Assembly (NCBI GenBank): GCA_012295275.1 | Contig: CM022679.1 | Coordinates: 12,400,001 to 12,464,000 of the forward strand | Direction of reading: 5' to 3' | DNA from: Chrysomallon squamiferum | Lineage: Eukaryota > Animalia > Mollusca | DNA length: 64,000 bases | In this document: one piece after another, positions 41,565 through 55,912 of the stretch | Position numbering within the stretch: position 1 is the stretch's first letter | Layout of the letters: each line of letters opens with the position of its first letter | Translations under genes and position numbers: made by a program | Notes under the pieces: generated by a model | The model's input: the letters and a program-made list of their open reading frames with translations, nothing else | The model's database searches: none | Told to the model about the DNA's origin: nothing

Positions 41565-43519
41565 TCCCAAAAACATCCCAAAAACAACTGTTCATACACT
41601 ATTGAAAAATCGTTTTCCGTTTGACATCGGCATATAAGCCTCATTTCCTTTCAGCTCGCATGGCATAATGTGCACTTACGAAATTGCCACAACGTCGATG
41701 GGATAATGGAACTATTCCACCAGTACAATTTAATGACAACTAAATACATTAAACGCATCAAGGAACATTAATACTTTTTTTTTTTTTTTTTTTTTTTTTG
41801 GATTGGAGGGGAGAGGGTGAGGGTGAATGGGTTTCAATTCCGGAGTTAGTATACAGAGAGAAAGTACTTAATGTAATTAGCAGTGTTTGATTGTAAGAGG
41901 TTATAAATGTTTGTACTTTCCGATATTTTAATTACGTTTTTAAAAACGCCGTCTGCAGTATAAATGAATAACGTCTGAAGATGTGTAGGGAAATAGAACG
42001 TTACGTCAATACTAATTATTCAAATGATGTAGGGCTTTTCAAGAAGATTTAGTTGTATGTCATATATTTATTTCTTGAATTAGTAATCTCAGTTCGAAAT
42101 GAAGAAATAAATATATATGCGTCTCGTTTGTACGCATTTTTGTATGCATGCAACGTATGAACGAATATATAATTGTATGCGTGTTCGTGTTTGTGTATGC
42201 TGTAGTGTAGTTATGAATGTATGTATGATTTATATGAGTATGTATATGTATGTATGTATGTATATATGTTTGTATACATGTATGTTTGTGTGTATGTAAT
42301 ACATATGCACGTTTGTAAAGGTGCATGAATATTCATGTGTTGATGTATATATGTATAAACGTATTAACGTATCAGATGCACATATTTCCTCAGAAGAGAA
42401 ATGTCAAAGTTACAAATGTCTATCATTATCGTCTTGAAAATGTTCTTTGGTAGGTTAACACAAATCTTTGAAAAATATCTCGTCTGCACCTAGAAGTCTA
42501 TAATTGCAATAATAATCGAGACTGTCCAGAATTTAACGAAGCTAATTACAGAAGTCTTCTCTCTTCTTTTTTTTTTTTTTTTTTTTTTTTTTAAGGATTC
42601 CGCCAAGTAACAAACTGATTCGTTAAATATTAATAGTCTGTAATCTAATGTAGGAACATTGACTGGTGTACAAGGGTATGAAGCGGAAAAAGGCGCACGC
42701 ATCAGCAACATTAGAACAAGTGAGGCGAGAAACACGGTTACAAAGTGTAGGCACGATTTGCTTTACAGATTGGAAATTGAGCTGTTTTATCAAATTATGT
42801 CAAATGTATCCGATAGTGCAGGAAAAAGTAATGAATTAAAATCTGCACGACAATAACCATTTATCCATGTTTAAGGGTTTACGACAAAAACTAAAATTTC
42901 CAGTACAAGTGGTTTATTTGAGATAATTTCTTTTAACCCTGTTTTGAAGCTGTTTTGTTGTTAGTGTTGTTGTTTTTGTTGGCGTGTTGTTGTCATTGTT
43001 ACTGTTGTTGTTATTGTTGCTTTTGTTTTAGTAGTACTAACAATACCAACAGCACTAGTAATTAGTAGTAGTAGTAGTAACTAGTAGCAATAGTAATATC
43101 AGAGTTAGTCATAACAATAGTGGTAGTAGTGATGTTCATGGTAATGTAAATAGTAAAAGTAGTAGTTAAGAGTAACGCGTAAATGAAAATAGTTATTTAT
43201 TTATTTATTTATTTATTTTCCTAATTATTACTGTTAAAGCGATCATTATAATAATCGTTAATATCAATAATATTTTACCGAAAGGTTCTTTATAATGACA
43301 GAGACGCATGTTTCGAACAAATGTATTACAATTATACCCGTTTAATGAGAAAAAAACTGCACGTTTGAAGCACAGACAAAAATAAGTATAATCTTATCAG
43401 TGAACTGATAACGATTCTGTTATGTAATTTTCAGACTGGATTACTGAATTATTAATCGGTTTTCACTAAACAGCTTATGTCTGTTAATTTAAAGGCTGCA
43501 TACACAAAGGTAAGAAGCA

Positions 43520-43915
43520 AACTTGTTGGTAATTGGTCGGAACACTGAACTGGGGCATTACTGGTTGAAGGATCAATCCTCCATGGGGTCATCATATCAC
43601 TGTATCCCATTTTATATCATCATATCACTGTATCCCATTTTATATCATCATATCACTGTATCCCATTACTGGTTTATTAAAGGTGGTTGTTTGTGTTATC
43701 ATGTCTATGGGAACGTATAAATTTAAGATCAGTTTCTGCTACGTTTCTACCCTTTTATGATCATTGTATGTGAGGGTTTATTTTACTGTTAATTAATATG
43801 GCTATAATTAATCAGTTACATAAGTTGTTAAATTTAATTTTAAAAACTTGTAATCTGAACGACCAACACATCTGTATAAAATTATTCGATGTTGCTAAAT
43901 AAAGTCATTTATTAC
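43520..43915 (+). mobile_element. Decayed SINE of the same family
   Basis: B-box-like ggatcaatcc, core cattactggtttattaaagg..tgttatcatgtctatggga..aagatcagtttctgcta, and tail gttgctaaataaagtcattt. Confidence 0.55.
43589..43667 (+). repeat. 28-bp tandem repeat, about 2.8 copies
   Basis: Unit tcatcatatcactgtatcccattttata, identical copies. Confidence 0.95.
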
Positions 43916-46721
43916 TTATGAAAGGTTACTGGTTAGTTTTTGGATGTTTCTTATGGTTTTTATTATTTATTTATTTTAATTTTTAAAAATTTTTTATTTT
44001 TTATTTGTTTGTTTGTTTGTTTGTTTGTTTGTTCGTTATTTGCGGATAAGTTTCCTTTCCTTGACCCATTTTCTGATCCTACTTTCTTATAATTTCATTT
44101 ATTTATTTTAGTTTTATATCTATGTTATCTTCTATTATACTAAATTTCAATTTATTTTATTTTTAAAAAATTCGTTAGATTTATAAATATTAATTAACTG
44201 AGACGAAGATGAAATATCAAATTATATATATAAAAAAATAACAGAGACTGAAATGCACCATGGAACCTATACTTGAATGTTACTTTTTATAATGAATTAA
44301 AAGATCAAGATTATGAAGCACATTACAACTGCGTTTTCTCTGAATGTCCATTCGCCCGCACATCAAACAGAAGAATTTTGTTTACTCCGCTTTAAACTCG
44401 CTGTTTCAGTAACTGACTTCATCAAGGAGTTCATTAAACACACCTGCTGTTTAGTTTATGCAGCGATGCACTGGCATATCACACAGATGTAAGTCTGTAC
44501 AGAAGCCTTTAACAGATTCTGAGCGAGTGCAGAAAAACCCAACAATGGCCAGCATTTCTTTAACGAATTAAAAGCCTAGTGTCAGCAACAAAACATACTT
44601 CAACGGAAAACAAAAGCTTAGAGTTGAGGTCAGCGGGGTTAAAGCTGACTTCATCATTCCAGAGGCGGTTCCAGAAACAGCGCTTACCAATTAACGCCCT
44701 GGGCTACCCATGCAGTCACTCTCATGCTTCGACTTAACAACTGCAAGGACAGATCAAAACCATTACTTTTAGCTTGACGCCCTAGGCTCCTCTATCCCAG
44801 TTCTTCTTCACCGAGTGACTGCCACTCTAATCCAGAGAAAAGAGAGGACTTTTTTTTTTTTTTTTTTTTTTTTTAAATGAGGCCAAATGTGCCAACAGTA
44901 TTAATTCACAAACAAGTTAACACCGTATTCATTTTCTTTCCAGAACCGTACGTTTGAATATTAACTGCATACAGTCGTTAACGTAAATTGTCTTTTTATG
45001 CTAACGAAGCCAGTTTTGTTTCTTTTCTCGTTACACCATATAATTCACCCTGCTAATTTGCCTGCCGCAGAAAATAATTCAGTTCATTAATACTCTGATG
45101 TGTTGCGAAAAAATAACTGCATAATGGTAATGAAATACACTGTAGAGAATTAGCCTTACGAAAGAGCCGTATTAGTTAAAAGAATTTTATGTTACTGTTG
45201 TGTGCTACAGGTAATTTTAATATGTAAAACTGTGTTTATTGAAAGCTTTGATATATTTCTGAAAATGCATGCAACAGCTGATGTACTCCGGCGAAATATG
45301 TTGAAACAAATTTAAATTAAAAAAATAATAATAATAAAAATATATTTAAAAAAAAATGAAATGTTCGAGATTGTGCGATAGGAAGAAAAAAGTGAAAAAA
45401 AAAAAAAAAAATTGTTTTTAATTTTAAAAGATCCATCAATTTTAGTGCATATCCGTTTTTGTATATTTATATCGTTTAAAAGTGTACTGAATTTCTGTGC
45501 TTTCTATCAGTCTGCCTTGACTGTTCGACTGTTATTAACCTAGTATACAAATATACATATATACGCGTATGTATGTACATATGTGTCGTTGTATGTACGT
45601 ATTACTGTGTTTATCTACTTTCGTACCTATGTGTGTATGTATGTATATATGGATACATGTATCAATTTGTTAATATCTATCTACCTGTCTATCTATAATC
45701 ATCCATCCGTCCTTCTGTCTGTCGCTTTCGAATGTTCTTTTTTGTTCTTTCTTTCACTCTTTGAGCATAACGTTGTCTCCGCCGGTAATGAAGTAATTGC
45801 ATACCACATTTGAGCTACATCTTTGACAAGGAATTATGTTCTAAACTAATGACACAGCACGACACGTCTCTCAGAGATTGCGGTTATTTATAAATTGTAA
45901 TTGCCGTCATCAGTAGCGAAGGATCATTCACGTTGTCAATAAGACACTGGCATCTCAGTGGCCACGCGGAGGGGATAACTCTGCTTCGTCAACTTTGAAA
46001 AGGAGATTAAACTAGCACTCATCGATTTGTAGTTAACCCTTTGCAATCTCAAGAAACATTTTTTTTTTTTCAAAAACCTAGTTGAAGACGGGATAAAGAC
46101 CCGTAAAACTTGTCCCATAAGAGCTGTGTACTACTGTCTAGAGTAAATGTCAAAGATAATGTTATCAGCGAGAGCCTATGTTCCACGAAAATACCATTAT
46201 GCCCGTAAGGGCGATATTAGACCATTATGGCTGACGAGAGCTTTGGCTTTCAATTTTGGTATAGTCCTTATTTATTGATGAATGGATGTAACCTGTACAT
46301 GGGAACAAGTAAAATGTAACTGCTTACAGTTCTAGTAACTTCGGTGTCTGACCTAGATATTATGCCTTAAACGGAAATTCTTTTTAAAGTATTTGCACTT
46401 AATGGTGTTTTCATTATTACTAGACAAATAGAGTGGCACTTGCTGTATTTTGTTAAATAAGTCAGTAAGTATCAGTCAGTATTATGCATTATGCTGAAAT
46501 TATTCGTTTAAAGGATATAAATACTGACAATATTTTTTCAGCTAGATTGATTTCGGAATAAAATTGTGTCCTTAAGCATTAATTCATTTATTAAATTTTA
46601 TTAAAACGAAAAACCAACCAATTTAGTATTTGCAACTGTTAGTAGTTGCTTTGGCATTATGATTATTAGTAGTAAAATCGGTACTGGTAATAATATTATT
46701 GTTGTTGTTGTTGTTATTATT

Positions 46722-46760
<39 letters not shown>

Positions 46761-46778
46761 GGTAATAATAGTAGTATT

Positions 46779-46810
<32 letters not shown>

Positions 46811-48797
46811 TAGTAGTAGTAGTTTTGCAGGAATTCTTGCTGCTGTTGTAATTCATGTTGTTTTAGTAGCAACAGCAATGTCAGTAGCAGTCTAATTATA
46901 ACAGAAGTAGCAACTGGTGCAGTAGAAAATGTAGTAGCAGTGTTGTTGTAGCAGTAGTGGTATCAACTGTTGCAGTTGCAGTTACAGAAACTGTAATGGA
47001 GCAGAAGTAGCAAGAATCTATTATTTAACTGTTTCTTTATCTGCCTCTATGTCACTGGGTCTAACCTCATCACGTATGCAAACGGATTTGATATTGTGCA
47101 ACTCGACAACTCGCCGTGCTCTACGTTATTAACATATAGACGCAGTGATGCCCTAGTCTTGTAATTCTGTTATTGAACAGTCTGTGCTTGCGCCAAGCTT
47201 TGTTGTGCGCCAACACGACAGGTTTGTGATTGATTTTTATACAACATGCTCCGACATGTACGGTCCATAGAAAATTAAGGCTACATCCAATTTATGTCAG
47301 CGGCAGGGTACACCAGAAGCAATAAACAGCGGTTGTCAGGAAAACATCATTTGTGTAGGTGTTCTTTTTTTCTCTCTCTCTTTCTTTTTCAAGGCAGCTA
47401 GCTGCTGAAAGACGGTAAAAGCGATATTAATCAAAGGATTCTAAGTTGGTGTTAAAAGGAAAACATTTCGCGAGGTTATGTCCACAGCAGTTGCAGAAAT
47501 AACAGACTGTAAGGAAAAGAAAAGAGTGTTGTTAATTAAGAATAAATAATTATGCTTTCTTGTTACAGAAACTAGCTTTTATGAAAGGACTGAGTTAAGT
47601 GTGAATTGTATATGTTTGTAAACATTTAGTCAACAGGTCTCTCTCTCTCTCTGTCTGTGCAAATGTAAGGTCCGACCTATTCTTTCACAAATCGACGTTA
47701 TAAAACAGAATGGCGTATCTTTGAAAAAAATAGTAATTATAACAACTACTTGTGCCTATGTACATATACGGTATTCTAACGTAGCACCAAACGTAATTTT
47801 TAAAAATCATTTACAATATCGTTTCATATCATGCATAATGATGTTTGAGTAAGATAAACATCACTATATTTCATCTTGGTTTTTTTTTGTTTTGTTTTTT
47901 CATGGATTAAAATGGATATTTGACTCTTTGGATAATGACAGCATATTCATCAGCTAAATACAATTTTCATGCAAATGAGACAGTGATGTAATTCATGCTC
48001 GCTGTAGCTTCCCCCTAGGGTATGTAACCATTCCATAAAAAACCCACGTAATTATCCAATGTTGGCACAACCGCGTTACTCTTGACGAATGAGCGGCCGA
48101 GCTGTGGTGCATTCGGAGGTTAACAGACACTTAACACTTTGTACACCTTCACATCTGATATGATATTAAATAAAGACCTCATCTGCGAACATTTACACGC
48201 AGACTTAAACATTTGTAGATATATTTTTTTCATGAACTGATAATTTTAAGTAAGCCATATCGTTTACAGTAGATACACTTTCCGAATGATTTAAATGGAG
48301 ATATAGCTTGAAGATTGTGTTCTGGGATTTACATTTTAAGAACATTCGGATTGTTTCTCGTGTCTTTTCTTTACTTGTTTTAAATTAAAAAGGTTAACAA
48401 GTTAGAAAGTATTAAAAACCAAGCTGTAATTTATATGCATCTTTCCTATTTTCAGAATTTAAGCGAAATAAGTGGAAATACATCAATCATGTCTTGAAGT
48501 GAACTTTCGCCATTTTGCCCATGGCAGGCATGCGTGATGGAAGCATCATAAAAAAAACCCACCCATAACAAAAGACACAAACCTTCAGGAAGGAACTAAT
48601 TAAGCAGGCGTATAGAAATCATACCTTGCAACAGCTTGTGTCAGAAATAATCTATAAAAAGTTACTAAAGTAACTCGGGCAATAAATGTCCATAACAAAT
48701 TTTTCAACCTTTTTTTTTTTTTTTTACCCTTACTAACACATTGATACTTCTAAAACTCAGATGAGATTCAAACAACAACAACAACAACGACGACACC

Positions 48798-48841
<44 letters not shown>

Positions 48842-49473
48842 TAATAACAACAACAACAACAACAACAATAATCACAATAACTATAATAACAATAATAACA
48901 GTAACAACAATAATAATAGCAACAACAACAACAATAATAATAATAATGTACAAATTATAAATGCAGTAATAATAACTATTTTTATTCTTCATATCATCAT
49001 CATCATCATTATCGTGCTTACTATCACATGATAAAGTTAAAATTTCCCAGTGCTTCAGTCTTCTCCTGCCTATAAGCCGATGTTTGTTTAGATTTCTGTG
49101 TACATGTGTATAAATTATAAATTACAAAGAGCATGTATGCGTGACACTGGATCGATGAACATTTCTACAGATCGATTTGTTCACTGATGATTTTTAATCG
49201 ATTTCTTGATTAGTTCAATAGGTTTGATCTTCCGCAAACTGATTGTCAAGATGGTTTTACTTAATCCTTCTAGTCTGCATCATAGCTGTATTAGTTTCTT
49301 AGATTCGTCGTCCCTTGAAACAGTTCAGTAGGACGTGAATGAAGTTCATATGTCAGTTAATTCATTTCTTTAGTCCATAATGTTGTGTGACACTACGGCA
49401 GTAAGAAAACGTAGACTACAGGCTCATAATAATATGTGATAATATAATTACTGAATAACAGTATTGGTTAATG

Positions 49474-49517
<44 letters not shown>

Positions 49518-49717
49518 CATCATCATCATCATCATCATCATCATTATCATCATAATTATCATCATCATGAATGTTATCATTATTATTATTGTACAGTTCA
49601 CTGAATAATACTAATACCACCACCATCGCCGCCACCACCACAATCACAGCAACAACAACACCAACACCACCAACAACAACACACCACCATTACCACCACC
49701 ATCACCACCACCACAAC

Positions 49718-49718
49718 C

Positions 49719-49804
<86 letters not shown>
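49718..49804. repeat. (CAA)n microsatellite
   Basis: Directly visible; source of the spurious poly-Q ORF. Confidence 0.97.
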
Positions 49805-49805
<1 letters not shown>

Positions 49806-50221
49806 AATAATATTAATAATGACTACGGAATAAAAGATTGGTTATTGAATAACGGTATCATTTATGTCACAAACCATTTTTTTTTAATAATAAAGTATTA
49901 TCAATGAAATGACAAAGCTATGGAGACGTATACAATCTGATCATTCCCTGCTTTTACGATGTGAGCCTGATAGACCGAGCAACTGTTGCCAAGTTGCCGC
50001 ATCCTGTTTATCAAATATTTAATACATTTGTGTTTACCAAATTACATCACGGTAAAAAAAAAAAAAAGTTGTTATTTTTGTTAATAATTTTATGATTAGC
50101 ACAGACGCTTTGTCAGAAAAAAAAATTAAGTAATAATAATAAAATAATAATAACGATTTGAAAGTAAATGTAATGTATGTATAGGTTATTTATTCGTGCT
50201 CACTGGGTATCCTAATTTGAT

Positions 50222-50722
50222 ATTACTGGGGAATGTGTTTTCATTCTGCTGGTTAATACAGTTTTACGCTACTGGGTAACGTAGTTTTAATAATGCTGGA
50301 TAAAGGAGTTTTACAATCCTGGTTATTAAAGTCTTAAAATAGTGGGTAAGGTAATTTTATATTGCTGGTTAAGATAGCTTTATATTGCTGGGGACGTAGT
50401 TTTATACTGCTGGTTAATATAGTTTTACATTACTGGGTAACGCAGTTTTATTCTGCTGGCTAATATACTTTTATACTACCGGACAACCTAATTCTATACT
50501 GCTTGGTATCGTAGTTTGATACTGCTGGTTATCAATTTTATAATGCAGGGTAATATAATTTTACTACTGGGTAAAGTAATTTTATATTGCTGGTTAATAT
50601 AGTTTTATACTACTGGATAAAGTAATTTTAATTGCTGATTAACATAGTTTTATACTACTTGATAACGTAATTTTACATTGCTGGTTAACATAGTTTTATA
50701 CTGCTGGGTAACGTAGTGTGAT
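50222..50722 (+). repeat. 23-bp minisatellite (about 21-22 units) in intron 1 near exon 1
   Basis: Consensus actgctggttaatatagttttat / actactgggtaacgtagttttat. Confidence 0.92.
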
Positions 50723-51170
50723 ATTTCAAGGCATCCCAGGGAAATACTGCATCATAACTTAGATTAATGTTTCTGGAGAATGTAGTTCAATGCTCTTGAC
50801 AGTGTATTCTGATGCAGCTGAGTAAATTATTTAATGATCCTCTATAAATAATCACGATAATGTTGGTGACAAGAACATAAGGCTTCAAATGTTAAATTAC
50901 GTTTTTGTATCTTATTTGTTTGTTTATTCATTTATTAACACTACAGAGGCTGCTAATGTCGCTATAGCAACCACTGTAACAACAACTACTATTAATACAT
51001 TCAAACAACTGTCACTAACACCATCCCACTAATACAATTACTACAATAACTATTACTATTTGTACTACTACTGCTACAACAACTGTTGCTATTTTGGAGC
51101 TTATAATTGGTAACTACATCTCTGTTTTTTTTTATCATTAGTTATATTAATAATTCGAAATTTGCCTTAC

Positions 51171-51225
51171 CTTTGTCGATGAGACATAATATAAGGACCA
51201 CAAGAAAAGACGCATGTATATCCAT
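51171..51225 (-). CDS. Coding exon 1 (signal peptide) of Ly6/uPAR quiver/sleepless-like gene
   Basis: Reverse strand reads cgcgacATGG (G at -3 and +4), then MDIHASFLVVLILCLIDK + G, then donor GTAAGG. 55 nt, phase 1; G + CA from exon 2 gives Ala and completes a typical signal peptide (..DKALA|ID). There is an in-frame upstream TAG and a CpG-rich upstream flank. Confidence 0.85.
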
Positions 51226-52100
51226 GTCGCGTTGACACAGGGGATTCAAACACGCAAGTCCATTAAAACCACGTACAGCGAAACCGTTATGTAGCTAGAC
51301 TTCCATATAAACAGTAAAATCCATTCCCTTAATTCCGAAGAAAGAACGAGAAGGCTGAATTGACTTGTTAACCGTTTTATCTCAGAAGATCGGAGAGACC
51401 GGCTTTACCCACGTGTAGCGCTAACATCTCTGATGTCCCGTTAATACCGCCAACATTTCTGATGTCAAACTGTACCGCTAAGCGACGGAGCGGCAGAATA
51501 GTGTAGTATTAGATGATGGTTGTTTAACTGTTGTTGTTGTGTTTTTTTTTGTGTGTTTTTTAAATCCGTATCGGCCGCTCACTGGGTTAATAGATAGCAT
51601 ACAGCTCCAATGGATTGGTTCATTTTGGTCAATGCGTGTAACAATACTATATCTCTCTCGAAAGCTAGACAAACAAGGAGGCAGTAACGACAGATATGAA
51701 GCGGTGCTTGCGATTTGGCCAAGTATCGCGGTAATGAAGTGATCGAAGTTCTTCTAGACGAATCTGCTGGCATCGGAACAGCCTGTCATTGATTGCACAA
51801 GAATGAAATCTGTTGTTTAATTCTATCAATCAATTTCTCCACGAACACTGCAGTACATACAGTGCGCTTCTTCCGCCAGGCAGTCAGTCCACTCTCCGCG
51901 TGGAAATTGCACGGGAATAATGGGTGCGATGGCTGGAAACTAACTACATCCGTAAACACGAAATACGAGGGATTTCCAAGGCTCTGCTATGCAGGATATT
52001 TTTTCATAATTTATTGAAAAGCGTGTGTTCTATAGAGTGCATCTATGGACGTCAGTCAGTCCGCTTGTTTCGAACGTGTGTGTTTATTCTGTGTTTAGAT
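51226..52100 (-). promoter_or_regulatory. CpG-enriched 5'UTR/promoter region of the Ly6-like gene
   Basis: Visibly higher GC/CpG content and almost no microsatellites immediately upstream of the ATG. The transcription start cannot be located. Confidence 0.5.
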
Positions 52101-53131
52101 TATACATTATGTGTTTTGGTGAGAAATTGGTTTCTGCAAAAAGAGAGTGGATGATTTTTATGGGAAGATAATGCAGTTGCCTGTTTAATAGTAGTTAAAA
52201 ATCAGTGATGTCAGCACGTCAGCGGTGAATGGAAAATGGCAGTTTGATTAAAATATGGATATCAGCGTCACTCGGCGTCATGTCATTGCCGTCTTTTTTA
52301 TATTGTTTTTATATCTGGTATGCATGTAATACGATCTCTAGAGTTTATTTAATGCATATGTATTTAATTATGAATGTTTGTATGTGTATGTATGTACGTA
52401 TGTATGTAGGTAGGTATATAAAAGAGCCTAAACAGCAACAGCAGCAGCAACAACAAAAAAAGCAAAAATAAAAAACTAAATAATAAAATCATTAAATAAT
52501 ACATTACAAAATCTCAGTATCTTTTCACTTACGAATACAGCACAGGTCATTAGTTTCGATATATATATCTATATATAGATATATATATAAACAGCAAGAC
52601 CTCACCCGATTCCACCGAACCAGGCAACAGTTAATAAGTGAATGACGTCATATCATTATGAAGTTTTTTTTTTTTTTATGAGGTGAGTGTATATTTAGAA
52701 AATAGTGTGAAGTTTTAATTAATATTAACATTTTTATTTATGCAATGTTCACGATAACCTGCCTTCAGAATGAAATCAGATTTATTTGTTTCTACCGCGA
52801 TAAAAACGAATTCAAATCTGGAACCATTTTCAATCCGAAGTAAATTTGAGAGAATAAGTCAGAAGACTCTCATTTTGTTTATGGATCGTTGACAAGCCAA
52901 CGTCAGCAGTGAAAACAAATGAACGAATTTCTCCTTCTTAAAACTCATCAGTTTATAAAACAGTAATAAATAAACATAATTTAATATCAGTGTATATTTA
53001 TTTAATAATTCATGTTTCTACAGATATGTTTTTACATATATATATATATATAGTAATTAAACAAAAACAAACAAATAATAATAAAAACGAATATCTTAAA
53101 TTAACTTTTTCTACATGAACTTCAATAGATC

Positions 53132-53204
53132 AGCCTCCAGTGAGAATCGAACTCACGACCCCTGGTTTACAAGACCAGTGCTCTATCCACTGAGCTATAG
53201 AGGC
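53132..53204 (-). tRNA. tRNA-Thr, anticodon UGU, intronless
   Basis: GCCTCTA TA GCTC AGTGGATA GAGC A CTGGT CTTGTAA ACCAG GGGTC GTGAG TTCGATT CTCAC TGGAGGC T. All four stems pair, 73 nt, A and B boxes present, T5 run about 45 nt downstream (53083-53087). Confidence 0.95.
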
Positions 53205-53387
53205 AAGATATGTTTGTCAAAAACATTTTCTGAGATCATTGCCTATCACTGGTCTTATTTATTTATTTATTTATTTGTTGTCAGTTTGTTTGTTTGTTTG
53301 ATGTCTGTTTATGTCATCATCGTGTCAAAATGATATTGTATTTGATTTTATTAGATATTATTATTATTATTATTATCATTGTTATTA

Positions 53388-53425
<38 letters not shown>

Positions 53426-54506
53426 GTTGTTGTTATTGTTGTAATAGTTGTTGTTGTTGTTATTATTATTATTATTATTGCGTTCATATGTTCCTATTAT
53501 TGTATGTATGCATTTATGTCTGTCTGTCTGTCTATATGTATAATCATATGCATATGAATATAAATGAAGATAGATAGACAATAGCTTATACCTATACGCC
53601 TTGATGAATATATTCTTGTCTGTTTAATCAGGTGCTTATAAACAATTCCAGTATGGATAAACGTGCTTTCTTCGTTAGAAGTAAAACGTAACTTCCAGAA
53701 CATATGTTGTATGTTATACAGTTCCACCTGTGACATTAACATCAAATACTATACTGCATATGATTATAATTTGCCGTGTAAACTAATAAAAGTCATACTA
53801 TGCTGGACTGCAGTTATCTCGTATGCACACACACATACCTGGTGGCACGGATATTTTTTTTTTTCCTTTCGTAATCTTTATCTGTATTTTCGGCAACAGA
53901 ACATTTCTCACCGACGCCAGGCATTTCTTTTTAACATATACAAAAAATTACATCTGGAAAGGAGAGCATCCTCTCCGATTAAATTTATTGCTGACGGTAG
54001 CGCCATATGGCAATACAAAAAAAAAACAGTTCTAAAGTGCAGTTAACTCGAGAGAAATTTAGTTTTAATAGTTTGGAAAATGAGACGAGGTAAAGTTAGA
54101 GATAATTGTAAAAATTTTGCAGATAACTAGATATTAAATTGAGGCATAGCAGGCGAGGTGTCTTGGTAATCAACTAAACAAACCAGGCGATAACTCGCCA
54201 AAGTCATTGATCCCATGAATAAAGATAACACACTGATGTCTATTCGACTCTTGGATAGCGCTTGTCTGCTGAATGGATCTCTCAGATTCATTGGAAATTC
54301 TCTTTTTTGCACCGAGAAGCTCATATCAAACTGGATATCACCTTTCATTCTTCTTGTAATCTTCAGTTACGTACAACTTTTCACTTAGTTGTCATATCGA
54401 GTTAGTTATCATTCTTTTTTTTTTTTTTTTTTTTATAGGACTTAACAAAATTCCAGAGATAGTTTTATGCCTGATGTCATTTATCTTAAACTTCTTATTT
54501 AAATTA

Positions 54507-54545
<39 letters not shown>

Positions 54546-55047
54546 TAATAATAATGAAAAATTATTTTCCCGACGTTAAAAGGATTTCGGCTATAGGTCT
54601 AATTAAAATATTAAAATAATCTTGACATCTTAAACAACTCTTAGAGTGTATAAACACTGGCTGAGCCTCGATGATTTGCATCTAGGTTCAGCTATCTCTG
54701 GCTTCAGTGGAATGAGATTTTGAATTTCTTGCTTATGGGGGGCTTCATGCTGCACATAGTATATTGTTCTAGTTTCTTGTTAACCGTCGCATTTTGTGCG
54801 TTTTAACAGTTATTGTATATCAAAGGTCTGTTAAGTTGTTACCGTGTGAAGACATATATCATAAATCCCTTATTATTAATCCATAAGAGTATTCCACTAC
54901 AGCATTAGTAATTATCTCTAATAGCATTATATAAATAGGAAATGGCTGATAACCTCACAACTATTAATATTAAAATATCTTGATCTTGCTTCATGTTGGA
55001 GTATCGTATAGTTGGTGATAAAGTGTTTGTCAGTCATAACACTATGC

Positions 55048-55190
<143 letters not shown>

Positions 55191-55880
55191 ACTGGCTTTT
55201 AATAATCGTTAATACTAAAATATGCTGAGGTGTTGCTAACATTTTTTCGTTATATAGTCTAGGTTTCGTCTTTCTTACAAAATAATTAAGCACACAGTGA
55301 TTAAAGCTGTGATGATATGTACAAGTTTTATATTATAAACATATATCTACTTGCTGTACATTAACATGCTAAAACGTTTAACTGTTGTGAATGCATTTGC
55401 CATGCTAGATGGATGCTGTATGTATTTACTGTATCAAAAACAGAATAACCAGATCAATTAGCATCTTTTTCGCGCATATTTCATTTCCTTGGATGCTAAC
55501 AGGTGTCAAGCACTGTCAGAAACAACAAAAAATATCCATAACATAATTTGTTGCCCTTAGCGCTGATGGTCATTCTAGGTTAAGCATGGACAAATGTATA
55601 TAATTTCAAAACATTCACCATAATGAACTATTTACATTTTACTAACATGTCATCAATGGAGTTTCTGTCAGGCTAACAAAATAAACAGATTATATTTATA
55701 TTTATTGGATGGTCGTATTTTTAACGAGTTGTCATGTAAAATGGTGAAATAATTTAATAAATACTTCTCTTTCTTCTCTGCCAATGCTATTACTATCATT
55801 CTTCTTCTGGTTCATCATCTTCTTCTTTCTTCTTCTTCTTCTTCTTCTTTATTATTATTATTATTATTATTAGTTATTAT

Positions 55881-55912
<32 letters not shown>

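Noticed and set aside
50222-50722. Periodic arrays (also 58521-58885 and 10710-11104) as CRISPR-like arrays
   Set aside because: Head-to-tail degenerate units without unique spacers, no cas genes, eukaryotic context.
52558-52588. Perfect AT-rich palindrome
   Set aside because: Low-complexity (AT)n derivative, expected in this genome.
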